Assembly (NCBI GenBank): GCA_964357525.1
Contig: CAYHLH010000002.1
Coordinates: 5,287-69,286 of the forward strand
Direction: 5' to 3'
Length of the DNA: 64,000 nt
From: an uncultured Candidatus Saccharibacteria bacterium
GTDB taxonomy: Bacteria > Patescibacteriota > Minisyncoccia > UBA6257 > GWB1-50-10
The notes beneath the pieces were generated by a model. It was given only the letters and a program-made list of their open reading frames with translations, searched no databases and was not told the origin of the DNA. Of this stretch, positions 27,989 to 39,305 are shown one piece after another; within the stretch, counting starts at the first letter, position 1; every line of letters begins with the position of its first letter. A program made the position numbers and the translations under genes.

Positions 27989-28093
27989 ACCCGCCCAAAT
28001 TTTTAAAAAACAAAACATTATGACAAAACAATTCAATCAATCAAAAGATAGCCACCACAGTATCCCAACGGTCGTTCAAAAACTTGGGCGGGT
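27989..28093. repeat. Inverted-repeat-bounded AT-rich insert within the pil cluster
   Basis: ACCCGCCCAAATTTTT ... AAAAACTTGGGCGGGT. Confidence 0.55.
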
Positions 28094-28139
28094 GTGCAAT
28101 TTTATGATTGCTCACTGCGTTCGCAAATAAAATCCGCAC

Positions 28140-28430
28140 ATGGCCATTGTTGTTCAGGAGGAAAAGAAGCCGGTGAATTGGATAGGGATGCTGACCGTGG
28201 TGTTTCTCGTCGTCGCGCTCTTCGTGCTTTCCTATTTCCTTTTCTTCAAGCGTCCGGAGGTCATCGAGCAGGTGACCCCCAAGAAGTTCGACGACATCAA
28301 CAAGATCTCGCGGATCTCATTCGATCCGGAGGCGATCGTCTCGTCGGAGTCGTTCCAAGCGCTCAAAAACTACGCACCGTCGTTCGTCCCGCGCGAAACA
28401 CCAGGGAAGCCCAATCCGTTTCGCCCGTAA
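28140..28430 (+). CDS. Small single-TM pilus-associated protein (PilP position)
   Basis: TM helix; C-terminal 'GKPNPFRP' resembles the R-D/N-P-F motif of PilP-like proteins. Confidence 0.6.
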   Translation: MAIVVQEEKKPVNWIGMLTVVFLVVALFVLSYFLFFKRPEVIEQVTPKKFDDINKISRISFDPEAIVSSESFQALKNYAPSFVPRETPGKPNPFRP

Positions 28431-28442
28431 GGTTCTCCCATG

Positions 28443-28573
28443 CCCGGTAATACAACTTCGATGCGCTCCGTGAAAAATGAATCGAAGTGTAATGCCTTTG
28501 GAAATTAATGACACGAGTAAATATCAAAATTACATTAGTCGCGGTGATAACCAATCGAAGTTGATATACCGGG
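28443..28573 (+). mobile_element. CCCRGTA element, start-codon subfamily (A2), no intact cargo gene
   Basis: CCCGGTAATACAACTTCGAT...ATCGAAGTTGATATACCGGG flanked by CATG/CATG; the right ATG is the pilB start. Confidence 0.78.
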
Positions 28574-28574
28574 C

Positions 28575-30320
28575 ATGACCGATCAGGACTTGGTGAAGGA
28601 ACTCGTGGGGGCGTCGCTCCTCTCCGACACGGAAGGGGCGAAATTGTTGCATGACGCCGAGACAAGCAAGAAGCCGGTGGAGGATTTCATCTATGACGGC
28701 CATCTCGTCGACGACGTGGCCGTCGCGAAGGCGAAGGCGAAGCTCCTGGGAGTCCCTTTCAGGCGCGCGGACGTTTCAACCATTCCAGATGCGCTATTGA
28801 AGCTCATCCCGCAGGAGACCTCGGAGAACTACAAGGTCATCCCGATGGAACGCAAGGGGAACATGCTCGTGGTGGGGATGCTAAATCCATTGGACGAGCG
28901 CGCCCAGGAGGCGCTCCGCTTCATCGCGAAGCGGGAGCGCGTGAGCCTTGGGGTGTATCTCATCCCCATTTCGGACCTCAGGGAGGCGTGGCGCAAATAC
29001 AAGCCGTACAAATCCGAGCTCGAAGAACTCGTGACGAGCGTGTCAAAGTCCATGAAGGGCGAGAAGTCCGCACTGGTTTCGCTCGACGAGGCGTCAAGGA
29101 CCTCTTCGGAGGACGCGCCCATAATCAAGATGGTCGCAAAAACCCTGCAGAACGCAGTTGAAGGACTCGCCTCGGACATTCACATAGAGCCCGGCAGAAC
29201 CGCTCTTAGAATACGCTTCCGCGTCGACGGCGACCTTAAGGAGGTTGCGTCGCTTCCAACTATGTTGGCTCAGCCCATCGTCTCGCGTGTTAAGGTCCTC
29301 GCAAACCTGCGCCTCGACGAAAACCGAATTCCGCAGGACGGACGGTTCCGGACCATAATTCAGAACCGGGAAATCGATTTCCGCGTCGCGACATTCCCTG
29401 TTCCGACCGGCGAAAAGGTGGTGCTCCGCGTGCTCGATCCGCTTACTGGCCTCAAAGGTCTGGAGAGCCTCGGATTCGAGGACTACAATTTCAAAAAAAT
29501 ACAGGCGGCCGTCGCCGCGCCGTACGGGATGATAATCATTTCCGGCCCCACGGGGAGCGGGAAGACGACGACCCTGTACGCCATCATGAAGAAGATGGAC
29601 GCCGTGACGCAGAACATCGTGACTTTGGAGGATCCGGTGGAATACACCATGGACGGCATCAACCAATCGCAGGTGAAGCCCGAGATTGGTTACACGTTCG
29701 CTTCGGGCCTGCGGCAGATCCTCCGCCAGGACCCCGACGTGGTCATGGTCGGCGAGATCCGCGACGACGAGACGGCCGGCTTGGCGGTGAATGCGGCCTT
29801 GACGGGACACGTCGTCCTTTCCACCTTGCACACCAATAACGCCATCGGCGTAATTCCTCGGCTCGTAGACTTGGGCGTGGCGAAATTTCTCTTGCCATCG
29901 GCGTTGCACACCATGCTAGCCCAGCGCCTGCTTTCACACCTCTGCCCGGAGTGCCGGAAAAAAGATGTAGCTCCGACGGAATTGCAGGCGATAATTGCAG
30001 GCGAGATAAAAAAACTCCCGGCGGAGACTCGGGAAAAGGTTGTCTCCGAATTCGGCAAAAGCGCGTACGAGACGTACCGCACCGAACCGAAGGACACGTG
30101 CAAAGTGTGCAAGGGAAAGGGCATTGTAGGCAGGATTGCCATAACCGAGGTGTTCCAGATGACGCGCGAGCTCGGAACGATTATTGCCGAAGGATTCTCC
30201 GAGGACAAGCTGTATAAGGAAGCAGAGAGGCAGGGAATGATTTCAATGAGGGCTGATGGCATCGTGAAGGCACTGAAAGGCGAAGTGCTCATAGAAGAGG
30301 TGCTCCGCGAGACGGAGTAG
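28575..30320 (+). CDS. pilB: Type IV pilus extension ATPase PilB/GspE
   Basis: ASDIHIEP, RIPQDGR, GPTGSGKTTT, LRQDPDVVMVGEIRD, CxxC..CxxC. Confidence 0.96.
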   Translation: MTDQDLVKELVGASLLSDTEGAKLLHDAETSKKPVEDFIYDGHLVDDVAVAKAKAKLLGVPFRRADVSTIPDALLKLIPQETSENYKVIPMERKGNMLVVGMLNPLDERAQEALRFIAKRERVSLGVYLIPISDLREAWRKYKPYKSELEELVTSVSKSMKGEKSALVSLDEASRTSSEDAPIIKMVAKTLQNAVEGLASDIHIEPGRTALRIRFRVDGDLKEVASLPTMLAQPIVSRVKVLANLRLDENRIPQDGRFRTIIQNREIDFRVATFPVPTGEKVVLRVLDPLTGLKGLESLGFEDYNFKKIQAAVAAPYGMIIISGPTGSGKTTTLYAIMKKMDAVTQNIVTLEDPVEYTMDGINQSQVKPEIGYTFASGLRQILRQDPDVVMVGEIRDDETAGLAVNAALTGHVVLSTLHTNNAIGVIPRLVDLGVAKFLLPSALHTMLAQRLLSHLCPECRKKDVAPTELQAIIAGEIKKLPAETREKVVSEFGKSAYETYRTEPKDTCKVCKGKGIVGRIAITEVFQMTRELGTIIAEGFSEDKLYKEAERQGMISMRADGIVKALKGEVLIEEVLRETE

Positions 30321-30338
30321 CGGGTGTATAATTCATTC

Positions 30339-30884
30339 ATGAAGAAAACTTTTTTATACGCGGTAGTGGTAATTGTGGTCGCTCTTGGTTCCTATTTCGC
30401 GTACGGGTTTTTGAATACCGCAAAAGGCCCCGTGACAACCGAAGAAAGTTTGCCGCAGGAGGGGCTTCCAGTTTCAAATCTGGAATCGGGAAGCGAGATA
30501 ACGAGGTACGGCGATACCTACATATACACGAACAGTGAATTTGGTTTTAAACTCGCATTTACCAAGGCGTGGGAAGGATTGAATCCGCGCACTCTCGGCG
30601 GATCAGAATTTTCATTGAAAAGCATTTATATGCAGGTTCCCGTGGTTTACTGCAACGAAGCCCCGGATCCGAAAACCGGAACATGCTATGCTTCCCCGAT
30701 GATAGTGTCGGTTTATTCGAAATCCCAGTGGGATGCCGTGTCGCAGGGCGCATTAAAGCCAACATTTATCGCGGAGAACGCTGATTACGTTTTTGCGTAT
30801 GCCACGTGGCAGGACGCGCCTGCCGGGATGGAGCAGCTCGATTTTCAGATTCCTTCGGTCATAGCGTCGTTCAGGTTCAAATAA
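30339..30884 (+). CDS. Membrane-anchored hypothetical protein
   Basis: TM; 'YTNSEFGFKLAF..W' motif; leaderless TATAAT-6nt-ATG. Confidence 0.65.
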   Translation: MKKTFLYAVVVIVVALGSYFAYGFLNTAKGPVTTEESLPQEGLPVSNLESGSEITRYGDTYIYTNSEFGFKLAFTKAWEGLNPRTLGGSEFSLKSIYMQVPVVYCNEAPDPKTGTCYASPMIVSVYSKSQWDAVSQGALKPTFIAENADYVFAYATWQDAPAGMEQLDFQIPSVIASFRFK

Positions 30885-30910
30885 TGGGGTTTCAGTACTA
30901 TAATTAACAT

Positions 30911-31981
30911 ATGAACTATAAAGAGAAACTCGGGGAACTTCTACTTTTGACGGTCAAGCAGAACGCATCGGACATCCACTTTTCGGTCGGCAAGCGCCCG
31001 ACGGTGCGTGTGGACTCAATGCTAGTGCCGGTCGCAAAGGAAGCAATCCTGACGAAGGAGGACACGCAAGGGCTCGTGGACGCCATGCTCACGGACGAGC
31101 AGAAGGAGGCGTTAGCACGCGACAAGCAGGTGGACTTCTCGTACGCGTACGAGGACAAGGCGCGCTTCAGGGTGAACGTATACTACCAAAGGGGGTTCCC
31201 CGCGGCGGCATTGCGGCTCATCCCCGCGCAGATCAAGACCGTGCAGGAATTGGGGCTTCCCCCCATCATCCACGACTTCACAAAGATGAAGCAGGGATTC
31301 GTCCTCCTTGTCGGTCCGGCTGGGCAGGGGAAGTCGACGACCTTGGCGGCGATCCTCGACGAGATCAACCACACCCGGAACGACCACATCATAACCGTCG
31401 AGGATCCCATCGAGTACGTGTTCTCGCAGGACAGAGCCATCGTCTCCCAGCGCGAGGTCGGCATGGACGTCAAATCGTTCCAGGACGGGCTCCGGAGCGT
31501 CCTCCGGCAGGACCCGGACGTCATCATGGTCGGCGAGATGCGCGACCCGGATACCATCTCGACCGCGATGACGGCCGCGGAGACCGGCCACTTGGTGTTC
31601 TCCACGCTCCACACGAACTCCGCGTCCCAGACCATAGATCGCATCATCGATTCGTTCCCCCCGAACCAGCAGGGGCAGGTCGTGTCCCAGCTCGCGTCGA
31701 CCTTGATCGCCACCGTCAGCCAGCGCCTCATCCCGCGCATCGGCGGCGGAAGGGTGCCCGCGACGGAGATAATGCTCGTGAACCCGGCCATCAAGAACCT
31801 CATCCGTGAGCGGAAGATCTATCAGATAGACCTCGTCATCGAGACCTCCATACAGGAAGGGATGCTTTCCCTGAACCGCTCGCTCGTGAACCTCGTGAAG
31901 CGCAAGGAGATCTCCATGGAGCAGGCGCTCGCATTCTCACTGAACCCTTCGGAACTTAGGATATTGGTCAATAGGACATAA
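30911..31981 (+). CDS. pilT: Type IV pilus retraction ATPase PilT
   Basis: GPAGQGKSTTLA, QREVG, AETGHLVFSTLHT, AIKNLIRE. Confidence 0.96.
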   Translation: MNYKEKLGELLLLTVKQNASDIHFSVGKRPTVRVDSMLVPVAKEAILTKEDTQGLVDAMLTDEQKEALARDKQVDFSYAYEDKARFRVNVYYQRGFPAAALRLIPAQIKTVQELGLPPIIHDFTKMKQGFVLLVGPAGQGKSTTLAAILDEINHTRNDHIITVEDPIEYVFSQDRAIVSQREVGMDVKSFQDGLRSVLRQDPDVIMVGEMRDPDTISTAMTAAETGHLVFSTLHTNSASQTIDRIIDSFPPNQQGQVVSQLASTLIATVSQRLIPRIGGGRVPATEIMLVNPAIKNLIRERKIYQIDLVIETSIQEGMLSLNRSLVNLVKRKEISMEQALAFSLNPSELRILVNRT

Positions 31982-31987
31982 AAATAA

Positions 31988-32087
31988 TGCAAAATTCAAA
32001 TTTCAAAAATCAAAATTGAAATTCAAAATGGTTAATTTTGAACTTTACATTTCACCTTTGCAGTTTGCATTTTGAACTTTGAAATGA
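31988..32087. repeat. Heptamer-periodic inverted-arm intergenic element
   Basis: TGCAAAA TTCAAAT TTCAAAA ATCAAAA ... TTTGCAG TTTGCAT TTTGAAC TTTGAAA. Confidence 0.65.
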
Positions 32088-32093
32088 AATGAA

Positions 32094-33299
32094 ATGAAAT
32101 ATTCATATAAGGCGCGGACCAAAGAAGGCGAGCTCCAAGTAGGGAACGTGGAGGCGCTCGACAAGAACTCGGCGGTGAATGTGCTCCTTTCCCACGGGCT
32201 CTTCGTGCTTTCCGTCGAGGAGCACAGCGAGGAGGAATGGTACGACCGCCTCCTCAACTTCTTCAAGCGAGTCAAGACCACGCACATTATGATCTTTACG
32301 CGCCAGTTCGCGACGCTTTTGGCGAGTCAGGTCCCGCTCTCGGACGCCTTGAACAACCTCTACAAGCAGACGGAGCACCCCATCCTCAAGGAGGCCATCT
32401 ACGACATCTCGAACGACATTCAGGCGGGCTTCGCGCTCTCGCAGGCCCTGGAGAAGCACACGAACGTGTTCTCGGATTTCTTCATCAACATGGTGCGTTC
32501 CGCGGAGGTGACGGGGCGCCTCTCCGAGGTACTGGAATTCCTCGCGGACTATCTCGAGAACCAGGTGGCGATGCAGTCCAAGATCAAGAACGCGCTTTCC
32601 TACCCCATTTTCGTCGTCATTCTCGCGTTCGTGGTCCTCGGAATCATCATCACCTTCGTGTTCCCGCAGATCCTTCCCATCTTCGAGGATTCCAACATCG
32701 CGGTGCCGTGGTACACGGCGCTCATGCTCTCCGTCGGGACCTTCCTCAATAAGTTTTGGTGGATAGTCGTGTTCGCCATAGTCGCGCTCGTCCTCATCCT
32801 CATCAACTACTTCCAGACGCGCGAAGGGCGCATCGTCTTCGACGAGACCATCCTCCACATTCCGCTCGTCGGGAAGCTTTTCCGCAAGATCTACGTGGCG
32901 CGTTTCGCTGAGTCCGCGCGCGTCCTCATCAAGGGAGGGCTCACCATCCCCCAGGCGGTGGAGATCTCGGCGAGGACGATAGGCAACGTGGAGTATCAGG
33001 AGGTTTTGACGCAGGCGTCCGAGGAGGTCAGGAAAGGAAAGCTCTTGAGCAAGGTCATAGAGGAGCGTCCCGAATTCCCGCCGCTCGTTTCCCAGCTCAT
33101 CGCGATAGGAGAAAGCACCGGCCGCTTGGAGGAACTGCTCCAGAAGGTGCGCGATTTCTACATGCGGGAGATAGAGAATGCCATCGAGAATTCCATTTCG
33201 CTCATACAGCCCATTTTGATGGTCTTCGTCGGGGTGGTCGTCGCGTTCCTCTTTGCGGGCATACTCCTTCCGCTCTTCTCGCTTACGCAGACGATTTGA
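32094..33299 (+). CDS. pilC: Type IV pilus platform protein PilC/GspF
   Basis: FTRQFATLL, SAEVTGRL, ALSYP, IGESTGRL, IQPILMV. Confidence 0.95.
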   Translation: MKYSYKARTKEGELQVGNVEALDKNSAVNVLLSHGLFVLSVEEHSEEEWYDRLLNFFKRVKTTHIMIFTRQFATLLASQVPLSDALNNLYKQTEHPILKEAIYDISNDIQAGFALSQALEKHTNVFSDFFINMVRSAEVTGRLSEVLEFLADYLENQVAMQSKIKNALSYPIFVVILAFVVLGIIITFVFPQILPIFEDSNIAVPWYTALMLSVGTFLNKFWWIVVFAIVALVLILINYFQTREGRIVFDETILHIPLVGKLFRKIYVARFAESARVLIKGGLTIPQAVEISARTIGNVEYQEVLTQASEEVRKGKLLSKVIEERPEFPPLVSQLIAIGESTGRLEELLQKVRDFYMREIENAIENSISLIQPILMVFVGVVVAFLFAGILLPLFSLTQTI

Positions 33300-33342
33300 T
33301 GTATAATTCTGATAAATAAAAGGTCGTAATTTTTTTTTCCAT

Positions 33343-33795
33343 ATGAAATTTTCAAGCAAAAAAGGGTTTACGCTGATCGAGATGCTCATCGTCATCGCAA
33401 TCATAGGCATCCTTTCGGCCGCGGTGTTGGCCGGCCTCGGGCCCGCTCGCAACAAGGCGAAGGACGCCCGCATCATCAGCGGGATGAACCAGGTCCGTTC
33501 CATCGCAGAGGCGAAGTACAACCCTTCGAGCGATGTTCCGTACTCGGCCATGGTGAGCGCGGATCCGATCGAACCCACGGATCCCGATCTGATAAAGATT
33601 GACGATGATATCGAGGCGGCATCCGCAAAGAAAAGCACGCTTACGGTACTGAGCGACGGAACGTATTACCTGGCATACGCGCTGCTGCTCACGAACCAGA
33701 ACGAGTGGTATTGCGTGGACAGCGCGGGCACCGCCGGCGTGGTGAAAGACAGCGCCCCGCAGGGGCAGACCTGTGCCATCGGCGGCACGCCTTAA
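33343..33795 (+). CDS. pilA: Type IV major pilin
   Basis: KKG|FTLIEMLIVIAIIGILSA class III signal. Confidence 0.85.
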   Translation: MKFSSKKGFTLIEMLIVIAIIGILSAAVLAGLGPARNKAKDARIISGMNQVRSIAEAKYNPSSDVPYSAMVSADPIEPTDPDLIKIDDDIEAASAKKSTLTVLSDGTYYLAYALLLTNQNEWYCVDSAGTAGVVKDSAPQGQTCAIGGTP

Positions 33796-33818
33796 TCGCG
33801 GAGCATACTAAGTTACAA

Positions 33819-34721
33819 ATGGCGGCCCTTCCCGGATTCTTTTTCTTCGTGTTCGGCACCGCGATCGGGAGCTTCCTGAATGTGGTGATACTCCGATATC
33901 GTCCGGAAAGGCCGCTTTTTGATTTGAAGATAATTTCCGGGCGCTCGAGGTGCCCAAAGTGCGGGAAGCTGATTCCAGCCCGCGAGCTCATCCCTCTCGC
34001 GAGCTTTTTGTTCCTCAGGGGAAAGTGTTCCGCGTGCAGGGAAAGGATTTCCATACAATATCCGCTCGTGGAGTTCCTGACGGGACTCGTGTTCCTCGGC
34101 GTCCCGCTATTTTTGAACCGTTTCTACGGCCAGTCGAACGAATTGTTCTTCTCGTTCGCCATGGACCCGTGGTACTACTTCCTTGTCGCGTTCTGGGTTT
34201 TGGCGTTCGTCTGTTTCATCCTCCTTGTGGCGATCGACCTCAGGCACTACATCATCCCGGACGAGTTGAACGTCATGGTGGGTACCGTGGGCATTTTTGT
34301 CGCGTGGCTTCTCGCCCAAAATCAGGCGCTCCTCGCTCCCTTTTCCACGTCTTTCGTGAGGCATTATGCGCTCGTGTTTTCCCCGGTTTCCAACCTTCTT
34401 TTGGGGCATCTCCTCGGAGCGGTCGCGGCGGGGCTCTTTTTTCTCGCTCTCGTGCTCTTGACCAAGGGGCGCGGGATGGGAATGGGCGACGTCAAATTCA
34501 TGTTCATGGCGGGGCTCCTTTTCGGCTGGCCCGATGTCGCCGTCGCCACGTTCTTCGCGTTCCTCCTCGGGGGCGTCACTGCGGGCGTGCTCTTTTTTCT
34601 CAGAAAGAAGGGAATGAAGGACAAGATTCCCTTCGGGCCGTTTCTCGTCCTGGGGCTCTCGGCCGCGTTCTTCTTCGGATACCCCGCGCTTCAGGGCTAT
34701 TTTGCCCTTTTCAACATCTGA
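33819..34721 (+). CDS. pilD: Prepilin peptidase
   Basis: GSFLNVVILR, RSRCPKC, IDLRHYIIPD, GMGMGDVK, IPFGPFL. Confidence 0.95.
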   Translation: MAALPGFFFFVFGTAIGSFLNVVILRYRPERPLFDLKIISGRSRCPKCGKLIPARELIPLASFLFLRGKCSACRERISIQYPLVEFLTGLVFLGVPLFLNRFYGQSNELFFSFAMDPWYYFLVAFWVLAFVCFILLVAIDLRHYIIPDELNVMVGTVGIFVAWLLAQNQALLAPFSTSFVRHYALVFSPVSNLLLGHLLGAVAAGLFFLALVLLTKGRGMGMGDVKFMFMAGLLFGWPDVAVATFFAFLLGGVTAGVLFFLRKKGMKDKIPFGPFLVLGLSAAFFFGYPALQGYFALFNI

Positions 34722-34751
34722 AAACCCCCGAAAACGTGGTAGAATGAACCC

Positions 34752-35237
34752 ATGCGTATGAGGGGCGGCTTCACGCTCGTCGAAATGGCGATCACAGCGA
34801 CCATCATGATCATGGCGTCTTCCATGCTCATCGTCTTTTCGCAGGGGAGCGGCAACCGGCTGACCCTTGGAACGGAGGCTGCGAAGATAAGCGGGGTACT
34901 GAACCGCGCGAAATCCCTCGCGCTCCAGCGCTACCGCACGGAAGGGGGTTCCTCGTGCGGATTCGCGTTCCGCTGGAACGACCCTGCGGCGACCTATACT
35001 ATCTCCCCAGTGCTCCGCGACGAGGAGAGGAATTGCACCGATGTTCAGCCCGCCATTGAAACCTTCGCACTCAACCGCAACGTGATGTTCCAGGGGCCGG
35101 GGGACACCATAATATTCGAATCGCCGTATCTCACGACCAGGAATCCCTTGGTCATTCAAATAGCCCTTCGTGACAATCCGGAGGAAAACACCGCCGGCAT
35201 CGAGGTCACTGCCGGGGGAGCCATCGTAATGAGGTGA
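34752..35237 (+). CDS. Minor pilin (FimT/FimU-like)
   Basis: G|FTLVE signal. Confidence 0.8.
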   Translation: MRMRGGFTLVEMAITATIMIMASSMLIVFSQGSGNRLTLGTEAAKISGVLNRAKSLALQRYRTEGGSSCGFAFRWNDPAATYTISPVLRDEERNCTDVQPAIETFALNRNVMFQGPGDTIIFESPYLTTRNPLVIQIALRDNPEENTAGIEVTAGGAIVMR

Positions 35238-35782
35238 ACATGTCCATTTTCCGCGGCCGGAAGGGCAACATCCTCATCGAATCCATCGTGTCGGTGTCGC
35301 TCATCCTTATCGGCCTTTTGGGGGTGTTTGGGCTCATCACGAGTTCCGTGAGGCAGAACAAGGACGTGAACCTTCGGGCCGCGGCGGCGTACCTCGCCGC
35401 GGAGGGCATCGAGGTGATGAAGAACATCGTGGACACGGACGTCGTGTCCACCTCCTCGCCGTGGATTGCCACGGTGGGAGAGGAGCCGTTCGAAACATAT
35501 GAAGTGGAGTACGACACCGACAACAGCCCCGAACTCGCGCCGATACTGTTGCCGAACGGCGCATCTTCGACGCGGGCGCTCGTGCTCGATAATGATACGG
35601 GCCTTTATCGCTACCCGGTTATCGGAGGGAGCGAAACGCCGACCCTCTTCAAGCGCACTGTCGCGGTCGCTAGCGAGAGCCCAGATGAACTCAGGATCAC
35701 GTCCGTCGTCGAATGGACGGAGCGGGGGGAGCGGAGAAGCGTGACGCTTCAGACGATATTCACGAATTGGAGGACGGACTAA
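35234..35782 (+). CDS. Minor pilin (PilV-like)
   Basis: G|NILIE; 'AAYLAAEGIEVMKN'. Confidence 0.78.
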   Translation: MNMSIFRGRKGNILIESIVSVSLILIGLLGVFGLITSSVRQNKDVNLRAAAAYLAAEGIEVMKNIVDTDVVSTSSPWIATVGEEPFETYEVEYDTDNSPELAPILLPNGASSTRALVLDNDTGLYRYPVIGGSETPTLFKRTVAVASESPDELRITSVVEWTERGERRSVTLQTIFTNWRTD

Positions 35783-35784
35783 AA

Positions 35785-36393
35785 ATGGAACACATGACAG
35801 ATGACCTAAAACTGAAAACCCGCTGCGGGTTCTCCACGACGGAACTCCTCGTCGGAATTGGGATATTCACCGTCATCGGCTCCGTGATGACGGGGATATT
35901 CGTGTCCGCCCTCAAGAACCAGCGCCTTATCCAGCAGATCATGGTGGTGAACAACAATGGCGGCCTTGTGCTGGAACAGATCGCCCGAGAGGCGCGGACT
36001 GGATACACGTTCATCGTCGAGGAAGGGGAAGGGACATGCCCCGAGGGGTCGGGAAGCATGGTCACTTTTGTGAACGGACAGGGGAATGTGACCACCACCT
36101 TCGCCCTCGCGGCGGACAACGAGACGGTGGTAAGGTATGAATGGGAAGGCGAGGAGCCTGGGCAAGGGCTGGAACTCTCCGCTTCGAGCGTGGCGGTGAA
36201 ACGGCTCTGCTTTTTCATGAAGCAGTTCGAAAGCGAAAGAAACTTCTGCAACCCCGAGCGCCTGACCATATTGATGGAGGTGGCGCCGCTCACGAACGCC
36301 TCGAGCGTCCAGCCGCTGCATCTTCAGACTACCGTTTCGTCGCGCGTGCTCCCGAGGGAGATCCCGGGAGACCCGTATGAGTGCAGGCTGTAA
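35785..36393 (+). CDS. Minor pilin (PilW-like)
   Basis: G|FSTTELLVGIGIF; 'LEQIAREAR'; 'LQTTVSSR'. Confidence 0.78.
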   Translation: MEHMTDDLKLKTRCGFSTTELLVGIGIFTVIGSVMTGIFVSALKNQRLIQQIMVVNNNGGLVLEQIAREARTGYTFIVEEGEGTCPEGSGSMVTFVNGQGNVTTTFALAADNETVVRYEWEGEEPGQGLELSASSVAVKRLCFFMKQFESERNFCNPERLTILMEVAPLTNASSVQPLHLQTTVSSRVLPREIPGDPYECRL

Positions 36394-36394
36394 T

Positions 36395-38891
<2,497 letters not shown>

Positions 38892-38909
38892 GGTGGTATC
38901 CTTTCAATA

Positions 38910-39239
38910 ATGCCCGAAAAGATAACCAAGGAAACGCTTGAGCATCTCCTCTCGCTTTCGCGCATAGAGTTGACAGAGGAAGAGAAAAAAAACAAGGAAC
39001 CCAAGCTTTTGAATGACCTTCAGAGGATTTTGGAGCATTTTGAGGAATTGAACGAAGTTAATACCGACGGAGTTGATGTCATAGAAGGGGGGAAAGCGGG
39101 CGTGAACGAATACAGAAAGGACGAAGAAAAAAGCGATTTCCGGAAAGAAGATGCTACTGAGCAGTTTCCGGAGACGCATGGCGGATACCTGAAGGTTCCC
39201 GCGATTTTGGAGCACAAGAAAAAATCAACGAATAACTAA
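38910..39239 (+). CDS. gatC: Asp/Glu-tRNA amidotransferase subunit C
   Basis: 'LSRIEL...LQRILEHFEELNEVNTDGV...GYLKVPAIL'; upstream of gatA. Confidence 0.88.
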   Translation: MPEKITKETLEHLLSLSRIELTEEEKKNKEPKLLNDLQRILEHFEELNEVNTDGVDVIEGGKAGVNEYRKDEEKSDFRKEDATEQFPETHGGYLKVPAILEHKKKSTNN

Positions 39240-39305
39240 TATGTACAAATATACTAATCATTTAAAACATTCGTACATTCGTATTTTATTCGTAATTAGT
39301 TGGTT

